64,000 bases of DNA, from NCBI GenBank assembly GCA_020630095.1, contig JAHDCD010000004.1, positions 83,251-147,250 on the forward strand, in the 5' to 3' direction. How positions within the stretch are numbered: position 1 is the first letter of the stretch; every line of letters starts with the position of its first letter. Source of the DNA: Rickettsiales bacterium (GTDB taxonomy: Bacteria; Pseudomonadota; Alphaproteobacteria; Rickettsiales; UBA8987). The notes beneath the pieces are model-generated. The model was not told the DNA's origin. It ran no database searches and worked only from the letters and a program-made list of their open reading frames with translations. A program made the position numbers and the translations under genes. Below are positions 21,018-29,207 of this stretch, one piece after another.

Positions 21018-21645
21018 AAGTTTAATATCATTATTAGTAATATCATTTGTACTAGATGCTAATGCACGCCCTATATCTTATCCTGAGGGTTGGACTGTGA
21101 TGCAGACTAATGACTGGGAGAAGAATAGGCTTCATGTGCATTATTCGCCTAATATTAAGAACTCTATTGGCGTTGTGTTAGAAGATGAGCTTGAATCGGA
21201 TAGGTTTAACATCTCGATGCAATGGAATAAACTTTTATATCGTAAAAATACTAAGACTTCACAAGCTAACTTATATTTAAAAACAGAAGCAGGAGTTGCA
21301 TTTAAGGGCAATGATAAAGAGCCAAATGCTTCAATAGGAATAGCTGGAGATTGGGAAACTCGCAGATGGTTTACGAGTTATGAAGCTAATGCTAGATGGG
21401 CTGACGAATTTGACGATGGTTCATTCCATCAAAAAGCCCGTGTGGGCGTTGCACCTTATGTGGCTGATTATGGCAGTTTACATACTTGGATAATGCTTCA
21501 AGTAGAGCATCACCCAGAAGAATTAGATAAAGATTTTCAGTTAATATACACCCCTATGGTACGCTTATTTAAAGGCGATTATCTAGGCGAATTTGGCGTT
21601 AGTTCAAATGGCGATGTGATGTTTAACTGGATTGTTAGATTTTAA
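21007..21645 (+). CDS. Secreted or outer-membrane protein of unknown function
   Basis: Signal peptide (MRYISLISLLVISFVLDANA) and C-terminal aromatic residue (IVRF). First gene of the CsoR-linked operon. Confidence 0.5.
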   Translation: MRYISLISLLVISFVLDANARPISYPEGWTVMQTNDWEKNRLHVHYSPNIKNSIGVVLEDELESDRFNISMQWNKLLYRKNTKTSQANLYLKTEAGVAFKGNDKEPNASIGIAGDWETRRWFTSYEANARWADEFDDGSFHQKARVGVAPYVADYGSLHTWIMLQVEHHPEELDKDFQLIYTPMVRLFKGDYLGEFGVSSNGDVMFNWIVRF

Positions 21646-21677
21646 TATAACCCTTAACCTTAATTGGAGAATAACTT

Positions 21678-22016
21678 ATGAAAAAGAAACTTTTAACATT
21701 ATTAGCAATATCATTGCTTACACCATCACTAGCTTTTGCAGGACACCCAGGGCATGAGCATAAAAAGCCTGAAATTGTCGAGCAGAAAGAAGCTAAGATA
21801 ATTATGGCTCATACGGAAGGTATGGTATGTGATTTTTGTGCTAGAGGAATTGAAAAATTATTCGGCAAAAGAGATGAAGTATCATCAATTGATGTAAGCT
21901 TAGAAAATCAAACTGTTACTATTTACCTTAATGATGGTAAGGATATTTCTGATGAAGAAGTTATCCAAATTATCAAAGATAATGGCGTAACTACAACTCG
22001 TGTACACAGACCGTAA
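21678..22016 (+). CDS. Periplasmic heavy-metal-associated (HMA) domain protein
   Basis: Signal peptide, HPGHEH, then the MVCDFC metal-binding motif of a ferredoxin-like HMA domain. Confidence 0.8.
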   Translation: MKKKLLTLLAISLLTPSLAFAGHPGHEHKKPEIVEQKEAKIIMAHTEGMVCDFCARGIEKLFGKRDEVSSIDVSLENQTVTIYLNDGKDISDEEVIQIIKDNGVTTTRVHRP

Positions 22017-22021
22017 TTATT

Positions 22022-22384
22022 ATGAAAAAGATTTTAGACTTTTTAACATTATTTACAGCTAGCTCTACGCTATTTTGCTGTGCATTACCTGCATTATTAG
22101 TAGCACTTGGTGCAGGTAGTGTTGCGGCATCTTTATTTAGTTCTGTTCCAGGGTACGCCTTTATTGCATCGAATAAAATAGAGATATTTATCTTTGCAGG
22201 AATTATGCTAACTATTGGCGGTATATTACAATATAGAGCTAGGAATATGGCTTGCCCTATAGACCCAGATAAAGCTAATGCTTGTAAAGTGGGGCGTAAG
22301 TGGAGTAAGAGAATTTACTTTTTCTCACTGATTTTATATTTAATCGGAGGTTTTATGACATTCATAGCCCCACATTTGATTTAA
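22022..22384 (+). CDS. Small membrane protein with a CC motif in TM1 (MerC/MerT-like metal transport candidate)
   Basis: 120 aa, 3-4 TM segments, STLFCCALPALL in the first helix, and a second Cys pair region CPIDPDKANAC. Confidence 0.45.
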   Translation: MKKILDFLTLFTASSTLFCCALPALLVALGAGSVAASLFSSVPGYAFIASNKIEIFIFAGIMLTIGGILQYRARNMACPIDPDKANACKVGRKWSKRIYFFSLILYLIGGFMTFIAPHLI

Positions 22385-22402
22385 CAAAAGGAGGATAGTT
22401 TT

Positions 22403-22693
22403 ATGACTAATTGTTGCGATAATAACCACCCTGACCATTCAGATGAAAATAGCCGCCTTAACCGCATGGCAGGGCAAGTTGAAGGTGTTAAGAAAATGAT
22501 AGAAGAGCGAAGATATTGCCCTGATATCGTTACTCAACTTAGAGCTATTCAATCTGCTGCTAAAGCTGTTGAATCAAATATCTTACGCAGACATCTTGAG
22601 GCTTGCGTAAAAGATACTTTTGCTTCAAATGATAAAGAAGAGGTGGAAAAGAAAATTAACGAGCTTTTGAAGATATTCACAAAGTTGGATTAA
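22403..22693 (+). CDS. CsoR/RcnR family metal-sensing transcriptional repressor
   Basis: 96 aa. RLNRMAGQVEGVKKMIEERRYCPDIVTQLRAIQSA with C...H..C ligand positions is typical of the DUF156/CsoR fold. Confidence 0.85.
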   Translation: MTNCCDNNHPDHSDENSRLNRMAGQVEGVKKMIEERRYCPDIVTQLRAIQSAAKAVESNILRRHLEACVKDTFASNDKEEVEKKINELLKIFTKLD

Positions 22694-23295
22694 CTCTTAT
22701 TTTCTATTTCCCATAACTCGCCATAAAGTGTATCAAGATCGTCTAGAACTAGCGACAGAATCTTCTTGCCTGAACGCTTAGGCCAGCCCGACCATTCCTC
22801 TAATTCTGCAATAAGTAATCCATCGATACAGATTTTCTGTGCAGCTTCAAAAAAGGTTATGCCACGAGGTCTGTCAACAAAGCGTTTAGATAATGCCTTA
22901 TGGATATAACTATATCGCCTCTCTGCTTCAACAGAGCCGTCATAGAAATCATAGCGCTTAGGAGTACCCTTATTCTGAGGCGTTCCATCATATGCGGGGC
23001 AAGTAGCATGCGGAGAATATCCTGCATAATAACAATCTCGATAAAATCTATCGCCTGCTAAAAATTGTTCAAAAGTTATTAGCTTTCTGTAGAGGCAATA
23101 ATCGAGGGCTGTTTGAGTTAGGTTGCGAACGCGCTTATTTCCTTTAGTTGCGTTGGTTACTTTTCCATCTCCGTCAACATATTCTACTCTAAGAACGTGA
23201 TGATTCTCTAGCTCCTTCGGTCCTAAATCTGTAATTATTTTACCATTGAGAGGTTTTCGGTCGATTTTAGTATCGTATTTATTTCGTTTTGACAT
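22690..23295 (-). CDS. Hypothetical phage protein
   Basis: 201-aa ORF, last gene of the leftward early operon. Its stop codon overlaps the csoR-like stop within TTAA. Confidence 0.5.
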   Translation of the reverse strand: MSKRNKYDTKIDRKPLNGKIITDLGPKELENHHVLRVEYVDGDGKVTNATKGNKRVRNLTQTALDYCLYRKLITFEQFLAGDRFYRDCYYAGYSPHATCPAYDGTPQNKGTPKRYDFYDGSVEAERRYSYIHKALSKRFVDRPRGITFFEAAQKICIDGLLIAELEEWSGWPKRSGKKILSLVLDDLDTLYGELWEIENKS

Positions 23296-24073
23296 CTTTG
23301 GATATGATTGAGGTTATCTTATCCGTGATTGCTTGAGCCTGCTTTATGTCATAATATCCTTCCTTTTGGTAAGATTTAATTATTAGCTCACAAAACTCAA
23401 AAAGTTCATTATCTGGTTTTCTAGAAGGATCACGCTTTGCTAACTTATCATGGGCTTCCATACGTTTTTTTGCCATCTTAATAACTTCTTCTGCCTCAGG
23501 TGGCTCTGCATATTCTGGGGGGTTATTAGCTACATGAAGTAGCATTTGCAGCCTAGATAAAGTAAGCTTCCTTAAAGATAAATCATTAGCCATTAGAACT
23601 TTTAACTTCCCAGGGCGAGGAAAGAAGTCGCTTTCTTTGGAGCTATCGTTACGGTAAATACGGCAAGCATTTTGTATTAAGTCTATCGGATATTCTTCAA
23701 GATCAGTTAGGTAATCATCGAGCATCATAGCAAAATCATTCACATCACGATTTTGCATTGCACAATGACAAGAAAGCTTTTTAAGTTCATAAGTAGCTTC
23801 CTTTGCGGGAGCTGGTTTACATAGAGCTATCCAACATTTAGTCATTTCAGTAAGTTCAGAATATTCTTCGCTATCCTTGATTATAACTGGTATCGGTCGC
23901 AATCCATACTTGTAATACCCAAGATTCTTTGCTTCTGAATGGTTTACCTCGCCATTTGGCAGGAATGGCAGTTTATTGCTCCAGTCAATGTTATTTTCGT
24001 TTATTAAGCGCCTTAATCGCTCCGGCAGAGAAATTGTCGTGAGTTGTGTTTGTGGTTTTGCTAATGAGTTCAT
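23279..24073 (-). CDS. Hypothetical phage protein
   Basis: 264-aa ORF in the leftward operon. Its 5' end overlaps the upstream gene by 83 nt, so the true start is uncertain. Confidence 0.45.
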   Translation of the reverse strand: MNSLAKPQTQLTTISLPERLRRLINENNIDWSNKLPFLPNGEVNHSEAKNLGYYKYGLRPIPVIIKDSEEYSELTEMTKCWIALCKPAPAKEATYELKKLSCHCAMQNRDVNDFAMMLDDYLTDLEEYPIDLIQNACRIYRNDSSKESDFFPRPGKLKVLMANDLSLRKLTLSRLQMLLHVANNPPEYAEPPEAEEVIKMAKKRMEAHDKLAKRDPSRKPDNELFEFCELIIKSYQKEGYYDIKQAQAITDKITSIISKDVKTK

Positions 24074-25106
24074 TTTCTTCTCCTATATTTGTTGATATTG
24101 CTTTTACTGCTTGCTGTTCAGAAATTGCTTTTGGTAAGGCTTTCCTGAAATATGCAAGGCTTTCTATGGGGAATTTTCCCTCAGCTTTTGCTATCTTTTG
24201 CCGCTCTGTGAATATCTGCCTGCAAAGCTCAGTACCAGCTCCGCATTCAAGGAAATATTCGGCATAGGCATAATCTTTAGTTTTTGGGCTAACTCGTGCA
24301 TGAGCTTCGCCAAAGACAGAAACTAAAACTTCATCAAAAATCTGAATAATAATTTCAGCATCTTTCAAAAACGGCTCTGCACCAGAAGAGCCGTTAGGCT
24401 CTTCTTTTCTAGTCTCTAGCATATAGCCTCTAAGTTTAACCCCAGACTTAACCCCTTGGTTATCTAGGGGGTTAACCCCTTCACCTTTAGAATGGCTGTA
24501 ATTGGCTTCTTTATTAACTTTGTGTTCTGGTGGCTCATTAGGTCTTAACCCACAGCCTTTACTGTCGGGATAACCATTGGCGTTATCTAGGGGGTTAACC
24601 CCCCTTGCATCATTAGGGTTAGGTTGATGGTTATTAGCTCTATTAAGGGGATAACCCTCTGGGTTAACCATTAAGTTATCCCTTACAATCTCATCGAGGT
24701 TAAGACCTAGGTTATCCCCCATCTCAAAATTTCCAGAGTCAACTATATTAGGGTTGCCTCCTTTCATGCCATTTTTTCGCCCTGTTTCGCTCCTTTCATA
24801 GTCACGAACCATGCGTCTTGAATAGATAATTCCACTAGAGTTTTTACTAAAAACCCCAGTACTTTCTAGTTCAGATAAGCAGCTTGAGATCTCATCTTGA
24901 GTTGCATTTAACAGCCTAGCTAACTGGCTGTTATCAGGCTTCATGCCGTTAATTAATAAAAAGCCATAAGGCTCTGCTTGGTGCATAATACAAATACAAT
25001 CAAACCATACACTTCTTGATGACAAGCTACAGACACGCAAATTAGGGTCAGATAACCAGTCAGAAGGGTAGAATTTAAACCAAGGTCTTTTCTTGCGTAA
25101 ACTCAT
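23991..25106 (-). CDS. DUF1376 (YdaU-like) phage replication-associated protein with an internal repeat linker
   Basis: N-terminal KRPWFKFYPSDWLSDPNLRVCSLSSRSVWFDCICIMHQ is the DUF1376 signature. The central low-complexity part repeats GVNPLDN. Confidence 0.75.
   Translation of the reverse strand: MSLRKKRPWFKFYPSDWLSDPNLRVCSLSSRSVWFDCICIMHQAEPYGFLLINGMKPDNSQLARLLNATQDEISSCLSELESTGVFSKNSSGIIYSRRMVRDYERSETGRKNGMKGGNPNIVDSGNFEMGDNLGLNLDEIVRDNLMVNPEGYPLNRANNHQPNPNDARGVNPLDNANGYPDSKGCGLRPNEPPEHKVNKEANYSHSKGEGVNPLDNQGVKSGVKLRGYMLETRKEEPNGSSGAEPFLKDAEIIIQIFDEVLVSVFGEAHARVSPKTKDYAYAEYFLECGAGTELCRQIFTERQKIAKAEGKFPIESLAYFRKALPKAISEQQAVKAISTNIGEENELISKTTNTTHDNFSAGAIKALNKRK
24436..24720. repeat. Iteron-like cluster (TTAACCCC / GGTTATC / GGATAACC units); candidate replication origin inside the DUF1376 gene
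   Basis: The exact 20-mer ttatctagggggttaacccc occurs at 24460-24479 and 24583-24602, plus about 8 shorter related units. The palindrome GGGGTTAACCCC is included. Confidence 0.45.
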
Positions 25107-25130
25107 AATATCCTTGCCGTATGTTATTTG

Positions 25131-25658
25131 TTATTCAGGAAAATCACTTTCCAATTTAAGAAGCATAAAGGTGCCGAAGTTACCGCCATTCTGGGGTCTA
25201 AAATCGCCAATGCCGATAGTGCTTCCTGCATAATAAAAAAGCTCTTTAAGCTCTGCTATAGAGATAGCATCTTCATTAAAGTTAAGCGTAAAGCTCAATT
25301 GCCAGCTATTAAGCATTGGTCTATGACACAACTCTCTTTGGCGGGTAATGCGTGATTTTACAGTTCGTGAATCAACCTCAAACTTATATTGATTAAGCGA
25401 GATGGCCCTATCTTTAATGTAGATAATACGGCCTTTAAACACATTCGAATTAATATTCGTGTGTTGGCAAGCTGAACGCAAGCTGGAAATAATATTACTA
25501 GATGGAACTTCAAGCTCTCCAGTATCCTTATTTCTATATGCTTTACGCTCAGCCTGCTCTTCGGCTTTTAGGGAGGTTATTTGTTTTAACTCTTCGTCAT
25601 TGATAAAACGATTCATTAACAAGGGGGTTATACCCTCGATAGTTATATTAGCTTTCAT
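25131..25658 (-). CDS. Hypothetical phage protein
   Basis: 175-aa ORF. Its ATG is directly abutted by 11-mer copy 7. Confidence 0.5.
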   Translation of the reverse strand: MKANITIEGITPLLMNRFINDEELKQITSLKAEEQAERKAYRNKDTGELEVPSSNIISSLRSACQHTNINSNVFKGRIIYIKDRAISLNQYKFEVDSRTVKSRITRQRELCHRPMLNSWQLSFTLNFNEDAISIAELKELFYYAGSTIGIGDFRPQNGGNFGTFMLLKLESDFPE

Positions 25659-25669
25659 GTTAATTGTGG
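25659..25669 (-). promoter_or_regulatory. Element-specific 11-mer CCACAATTAAC, copy 7 (minus strand)
   Basis: Exact reverse-complement match, immediately 5' of the minus-strand ATG at 25658. Confidence 0.6.
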
Positions 25670-25676
25670 TAGGCGT

Positions 25677-25973
25677 TTAGTTTTTCAAGGGCTTTTTCTC
25701 ATCAGCTTCTTCATTGATTAGCTTTGCTTTCTCAAGGTCATCTAATATTAAGTTCATTCTCTCTATTGTTTTAACTAGTGGAGAGGCTTTATTCTTCCGC
25801 CACCTAGAGAATGTTGAAGGCGCAACTGATGCTCTGGAGCATAATTCTGCTATAGAGATATTTAATTTAGCTGCCCTATTTTCAATTTCAGAGATTATCT
25901 GTTTTGAAATTTTGTCGGTTTTGTTTAAATCTTTACTCATTTTGCTATTTTTTATTGCGTTGTTTATTAGCAT
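25677..25973 (-). CDS. Cro-like HTH transcriptional regulator
   Basis: 98 aa with the HTH segment ISIAELCSRASVAPSTFSRWRKNK. Divergent from the CI-like gene. Confidence 0.6.
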   Translation of the reverse strand: MLINNAIKNSKMSKDLNKTDKISKQIISEIENRAAKLNISIAELCSRASVAPSTFSRWRKNKASPLVKTIERMNLILDDLEKAKLINEEADEKKPLKN

Positions 25974-26079
25974 ACTTGCAAAGGTTTAATAATAGAGTCA
26001 ATAATAAATGTTGCGATTTTGGGTGAATGTCTTATAAATAGTAACTAATAGTAGCAAAAAAGTTTCAGCAACTTACAAA

Positions 26080-26988
26080 ATGGCAAAAATTATCGCACGG
26101 AAAGAACGCAGAAAAGAGCAAATAGCTTGGCTGAATCATATTCTTGAGGCAACAGGTTATGATATTAAGCAAATTGTTGATGTAGCAAACAAAACGATAA
26201 ATAACCCTGATAACACCATAAGTGAAACTGGGTTGCGAGGCTTTTATGGCTCTAACGATGAAGAGCGCTTACTCAGTAGGCGTATTATTATTATCTTATA
26301 TAAAGCCTTCGCTATTGAACCCAGCTTTGATGAGGAAATCTTTTATTCAGTAGCTAAAGATAATGCTGATATTTCTGAATATGCTAAATGGTGCAAGAAA
26401 TACATAGCAGACGCTTCGGTTGAGTTAGCTATCTATAGAAATGACCTTGCTAAACAAGCAGGAATTGACCCAGCCACAATTGCCCGACTATTTAATAATA
26501 AGCTTAGGAAAGGCTTATTGAAACAAACTCTACAAAAAATTATTAATTATGCAGGGTATCCAATACATAAAGAGCTAAATGAATTTCTTACAAAGGGGCT
26601 ATCAATAGCTAAAATACCAGTAACAGGCTATGTTTCTTTAGTTTCAACTGATGAGGTTATACCTTATGCCGATGAAGAAATTAGAAAAATCGCTAAAGTT
26701 GATGGTTTAGACTCTAACGGAAGAGCTATTGAGCTTAAAGGAGCTACATTATCGCCATTTGTTAAATCCGGTGTTATATTTTATTATAACCATGAGGCAG
26801 ATAATATAAGTAACGACTGTATTAACAACACTTGCGTTATTAATACTGAAGATGGCATTACTGCCATTAAACTTGTTAGCCGATCAAGTAAAGCTGGCTA
26901 TTACAACCTGCAATCTTTGATTGATAATTCAATTGAAACAAAAAAGCTCAACTGGGCCTGTAAGATACTTCTATATAAACAATCATAA
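26080..26988 (+). CDS. CI-like repressor (HTH plus S24 peptidase-like C-terminal domain)
   Basis: HTH at RNDLAKQAGIDPATIARLFNNK. The C-terminal LKGATLSPFVKSGVIFYY and ITAIKLV resemble the Ser/Lys dyad region of LexA/CI. Confidence 0.5.
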   Translation: MAKIIARKERRKEQIAWLNHILEATGYDIKQIVDVANKTINNPDNTISETGLRGFYGSNDEERLLSRRIIIILYKAFAIEPSFDEEIFYSVAKDNADISEYAKWCKKYIADASVELAIYRNDLAKQAGIDPATIARLFNNKLRKGLLKQTLQKIINYAGYPIHKELNEFLTKGLSIAKIPVTGYVSLVSTDEVIPYADEEIRKIAKVDGLDSNGRAIELKGATLSPFVKSGVIFYYNHEADNISNDCINNTCVINTEDGITAIKLVSRSSKAGYYNLQSLIDNSIETKKLNWACKILLYKQS

Positions 26989-27062
26989 ACTTTCGGTTTA
27001 ATAATTGGTAATAGCTTAAAATCCTATAAGTGGATTTTTTCTTGTTTTTGTGCGATTTTTTA

Positions 27063-27093
27063 TTGACGGCTTAATATCAAGGTGCAATATTCT
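27063..27093 (+). promoter_or_regulatory. Candidate promoter P3 (TTGACG -35 at 27063-27068)
   Basis: ttgacggc as in P1 and P2. A/T-rich -10 candidates lie at 27085-27093. The 11-mer starts at about the predicted +1. Confidence 0.35.
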
Positions 27094-27099
27094 ATTTAA

Positions 27100-27110
27100 C
27101 CACAATTAAC
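27100..27110 (+). promoter_or_regulatory. Element-specific 11-mer CCACAATTAAC, copy 8
   Basis: Exact match, 12 nt before the ATG at 27123. Confidence 0.6.
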
Positions 27111-27122
27111 TATATACAAATT

Positions 27123-27362
27123 ATGCAATCTACTAACTTTCAAGCGAAAGAGCCTCAGGATTTAGTTTTAGTAAAAGCTGAATCTTGGGGCGAAGTTTAT
27201 GTTGAGTATCTATCTATGCTAATGGGCTATGACGATATTTCATCTGAACAAAAGGATTTAATCCAAAATCTTAAACTATCCATAAACAATGCTGTTTCAC
27301 TAGCTAAGAAGCAAAGATTATTTGGCACGGCTGATATACCAAAACTACGAGCAGTTACCTAA
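27123..27362 (+). CDS. Hypothetical small protein
   Basis: 79-aa ORF, first gene of the rightward recombination operon. Confidence 0.45.
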   Translation: MQSTNFQAKEPQDLVLVKAESWGEVYVEYLSMLMGYDDISSEQKDLIQNLKLSINNAVSLAKKQRLFGTADIPKLRAVT

Positions 27363-27376
27363 TTTTTAATATTATT

Positions 27377-28237
27377 ATGACTTTAGAAACTGGCCACATA
27401 GAAGTGCCAAAGCCTTCGTTGCACTCAGATAAAATCTATATCCGAGCTTCATCTTTACCAAGCTATGCAGACTGCGCAAGGCGAACGGCCGCTAAAATGC
27501 TTCAAAAAGACTTAGAGGCTATGGGTATAGAATTTAACTACAATCCAACTGGTATAGGGGCAACTATAGGCACTAGTACGCACGAAGGGGCTAACTCTAT
27601 ATTAGGCACTTTTATATCTGAGGGCTTTTTAGGTAATACCAATATTGCCATAGATGCCGCTCATAATAAATTTGAAGAAATTAGGCAATCTGAAGAGATT
27701 GTTTATGATGATATAACCCCTTCATACGATAGAGCCTCAATACAGCTAAAGGGCTTAATATCTTCATATAGGGAACATATTGCACCTAAAATTCAGCCAC
27801 TACAAATAGAATTAAGGCTTGAAGTAGATTTAGGCGACAGTTTTATATTAAGCGGTCAATATGATGTAAGGGAAATTAAGGCAATTCGAGATTTAAAAAC
27901 TGGTGCTGTTTCTCGTGGCAATATTGCTCAATACGGAGCCTACGCAATTCTTAATATATCTCATGGAAATAATATTGAGAGTTTAGTTGAGGATTATCTA
28001 CCTAGAAGCAGCTCAACGAAACAGCCTAGTTTTTATTACTATGATACGCAAACAGCCATAATTTCGGCAAAGAAAATCTTGAAGCAAATTAAGTCTGATG
28101 TCGCTGAGTTCAAGGCAACTCAAAACCCCTTCAGCTTTCAAGCTAACCCACAATCAACACTATGTTCAGATAAATTCTGCCCTGTATGGGGAACTGAATT
28201 TTGTAAAGAGCATAAACCAAAAGCTAAAAATGACTAA
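27377..28237 (+). CDS. PD-(D/E)XK exonuclease, Cas4-like (four-Cys cluster)
   Basis: DLKTGAV...IAQYGAY (D-x-K, QxxxY) core. One N-terminal Cys (YADCARR) plus C-terminal CSDKFCPVWGTEFC. Confidence 0.65.
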   Translation: MTLETGHIEVPKPSLHSDKIYIRASSLPSYADCARRTAAKMLQKDLEAMGIEFNYNPTGIGATIGTSTHEGANSILGTFISEGFLGNTNIAIDAAHNKFEEIRQSEEIVYDDITPSYDRASIQLKGLISSYREHIAPKIQPLQIELRLEVDLGDSFILSGQYDVREIKAIRDLKTGAVSRGNIAQYGAYAILNISHGNNIESLVEDYLPRSSSTKQPSFYYYDTQTAIISAKKILKQIKSDVAEFKATQNPFSFQANPQSTLCSDKFCPVWGTEFCKEHKPKAKND

Positions 28238-29207
28238 TAACGCATTACAAATAAGTGAAGGCTCAATGGAGATTATGAATCTCATAAAAAAACCTGCGGT
28301 AATTAACAGGTTTGACGGACTATCTAGTAATTACCTAAATAAGGATAGAATGATACATTTAGCCAATGAGTGTTTAAGGCAAAACCCTGCTCTTGGCGAG
28401 TGCGACCCTAAATCTGTATTAGGCGCATTTATTACTTCCGCCTCATTAGGGCTAGAACCTAATACTCCGCTAGGTCATGCCTATCTAATACCATATAAAT
28501 CATGGACAAAGGATAATAACGGCAATTGGGTGCAAAGCTCTGCAAGCTGTACATTTCAAATTGGCTATAGAGGCTTCATTCAGTTATTTCATAGAACGCA
28601 TAAAATATTAGACTTTCATGCTTCGGCAATTAGAGAAAACGATCATTTTTGCCATGCAATAGGTACTAAAACAGTTTTGGAGTATTCTAAGGCTTTATCC
28701 AACAGAGGCAATGTAGTCGGTGCTTTCTGCCATATTAACAAGAAAAATGGTGGGCAAGATTTCAATGTAATTACAGCAGAAGAAATTGAGAAAATCAAAA
28801 ACACTTCAGAAACTTACAAATCCTTAGTTAAGGCCGTTGATATAGCAAAGAATAAGAATCACCAAAATGAGCTAAAAAAGGCGGAAAGGAAATTAGCGCA
28901 AACACCATGGGTTATGTGGGAAGATGAAATGTGCGCTAAATCTGTGGTAAAGAAGCTGGCTAAAAATACAGACCTAGATTCAAGTATTGCTATGGCCGCT
29001 GAACTAGACAGCTTATCCGATATTGGCAGAGTAGATTTTAGTCAATTATCTGAAGCATCAGCTCAAGGCGAAATATTTGATGCCGTAAGCTCTCAAGCCA
29101 ATAACTACCGAAATATCGAACAATCAAAAAATAAGGAAATGCCTAAATTTGATTTAGATAGCCCCGACAACTTTAAACAAACTAACCAAAATCATGGAGA
29201 TAAATAA
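28230..29207 (+). CDS. recT: RecT family single-strand annealing recombinase
   Basis: Start refined to ATG 28230 (MTNNALQ), overlapping the upstream stop by 8 nt. GLEPNTPLGHAYLIPY and QIGYRGFIQLFHRT are RecT-type. Confidence 0.8.
   Translation: MTNNALQISEGSMEIMNLIKKPAVINRFDGLSSNYLNKDRMIHLANECLRQNPALGECDPKSVLGAFITSASLGLEPNTPLGHAYLIPYKSWTKDNNGNWVQSSASCTFQIGYRGFIQLFHRTHKILDFHASAIRENDHFCHAIGTKTVLEYSKALSNRGNVVGAFCHINKKNGGQDFNVITAEEIEKIKNTSETYKSLVKAVDIAKNKNHQNELKKAERKLAQTPWVMWEDEMCAKSVVKKLAKNTDLDSSIAMAAELDSLSDIGRVDFSQLSEASAQGEIFDAVSSQANNYRNIEQSKNKEMPKFDLDSPDNFKQTNQNHGDK

Noticed and set aside
28147-28158. Degenerate copy of the 11-mer (cccacaatcaac) inside the exonuclease gene
   Set aside because: It has one mismatch, sits deep inside a coding region, and is not at a gene start. 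I did not count it among the nine exact copies.
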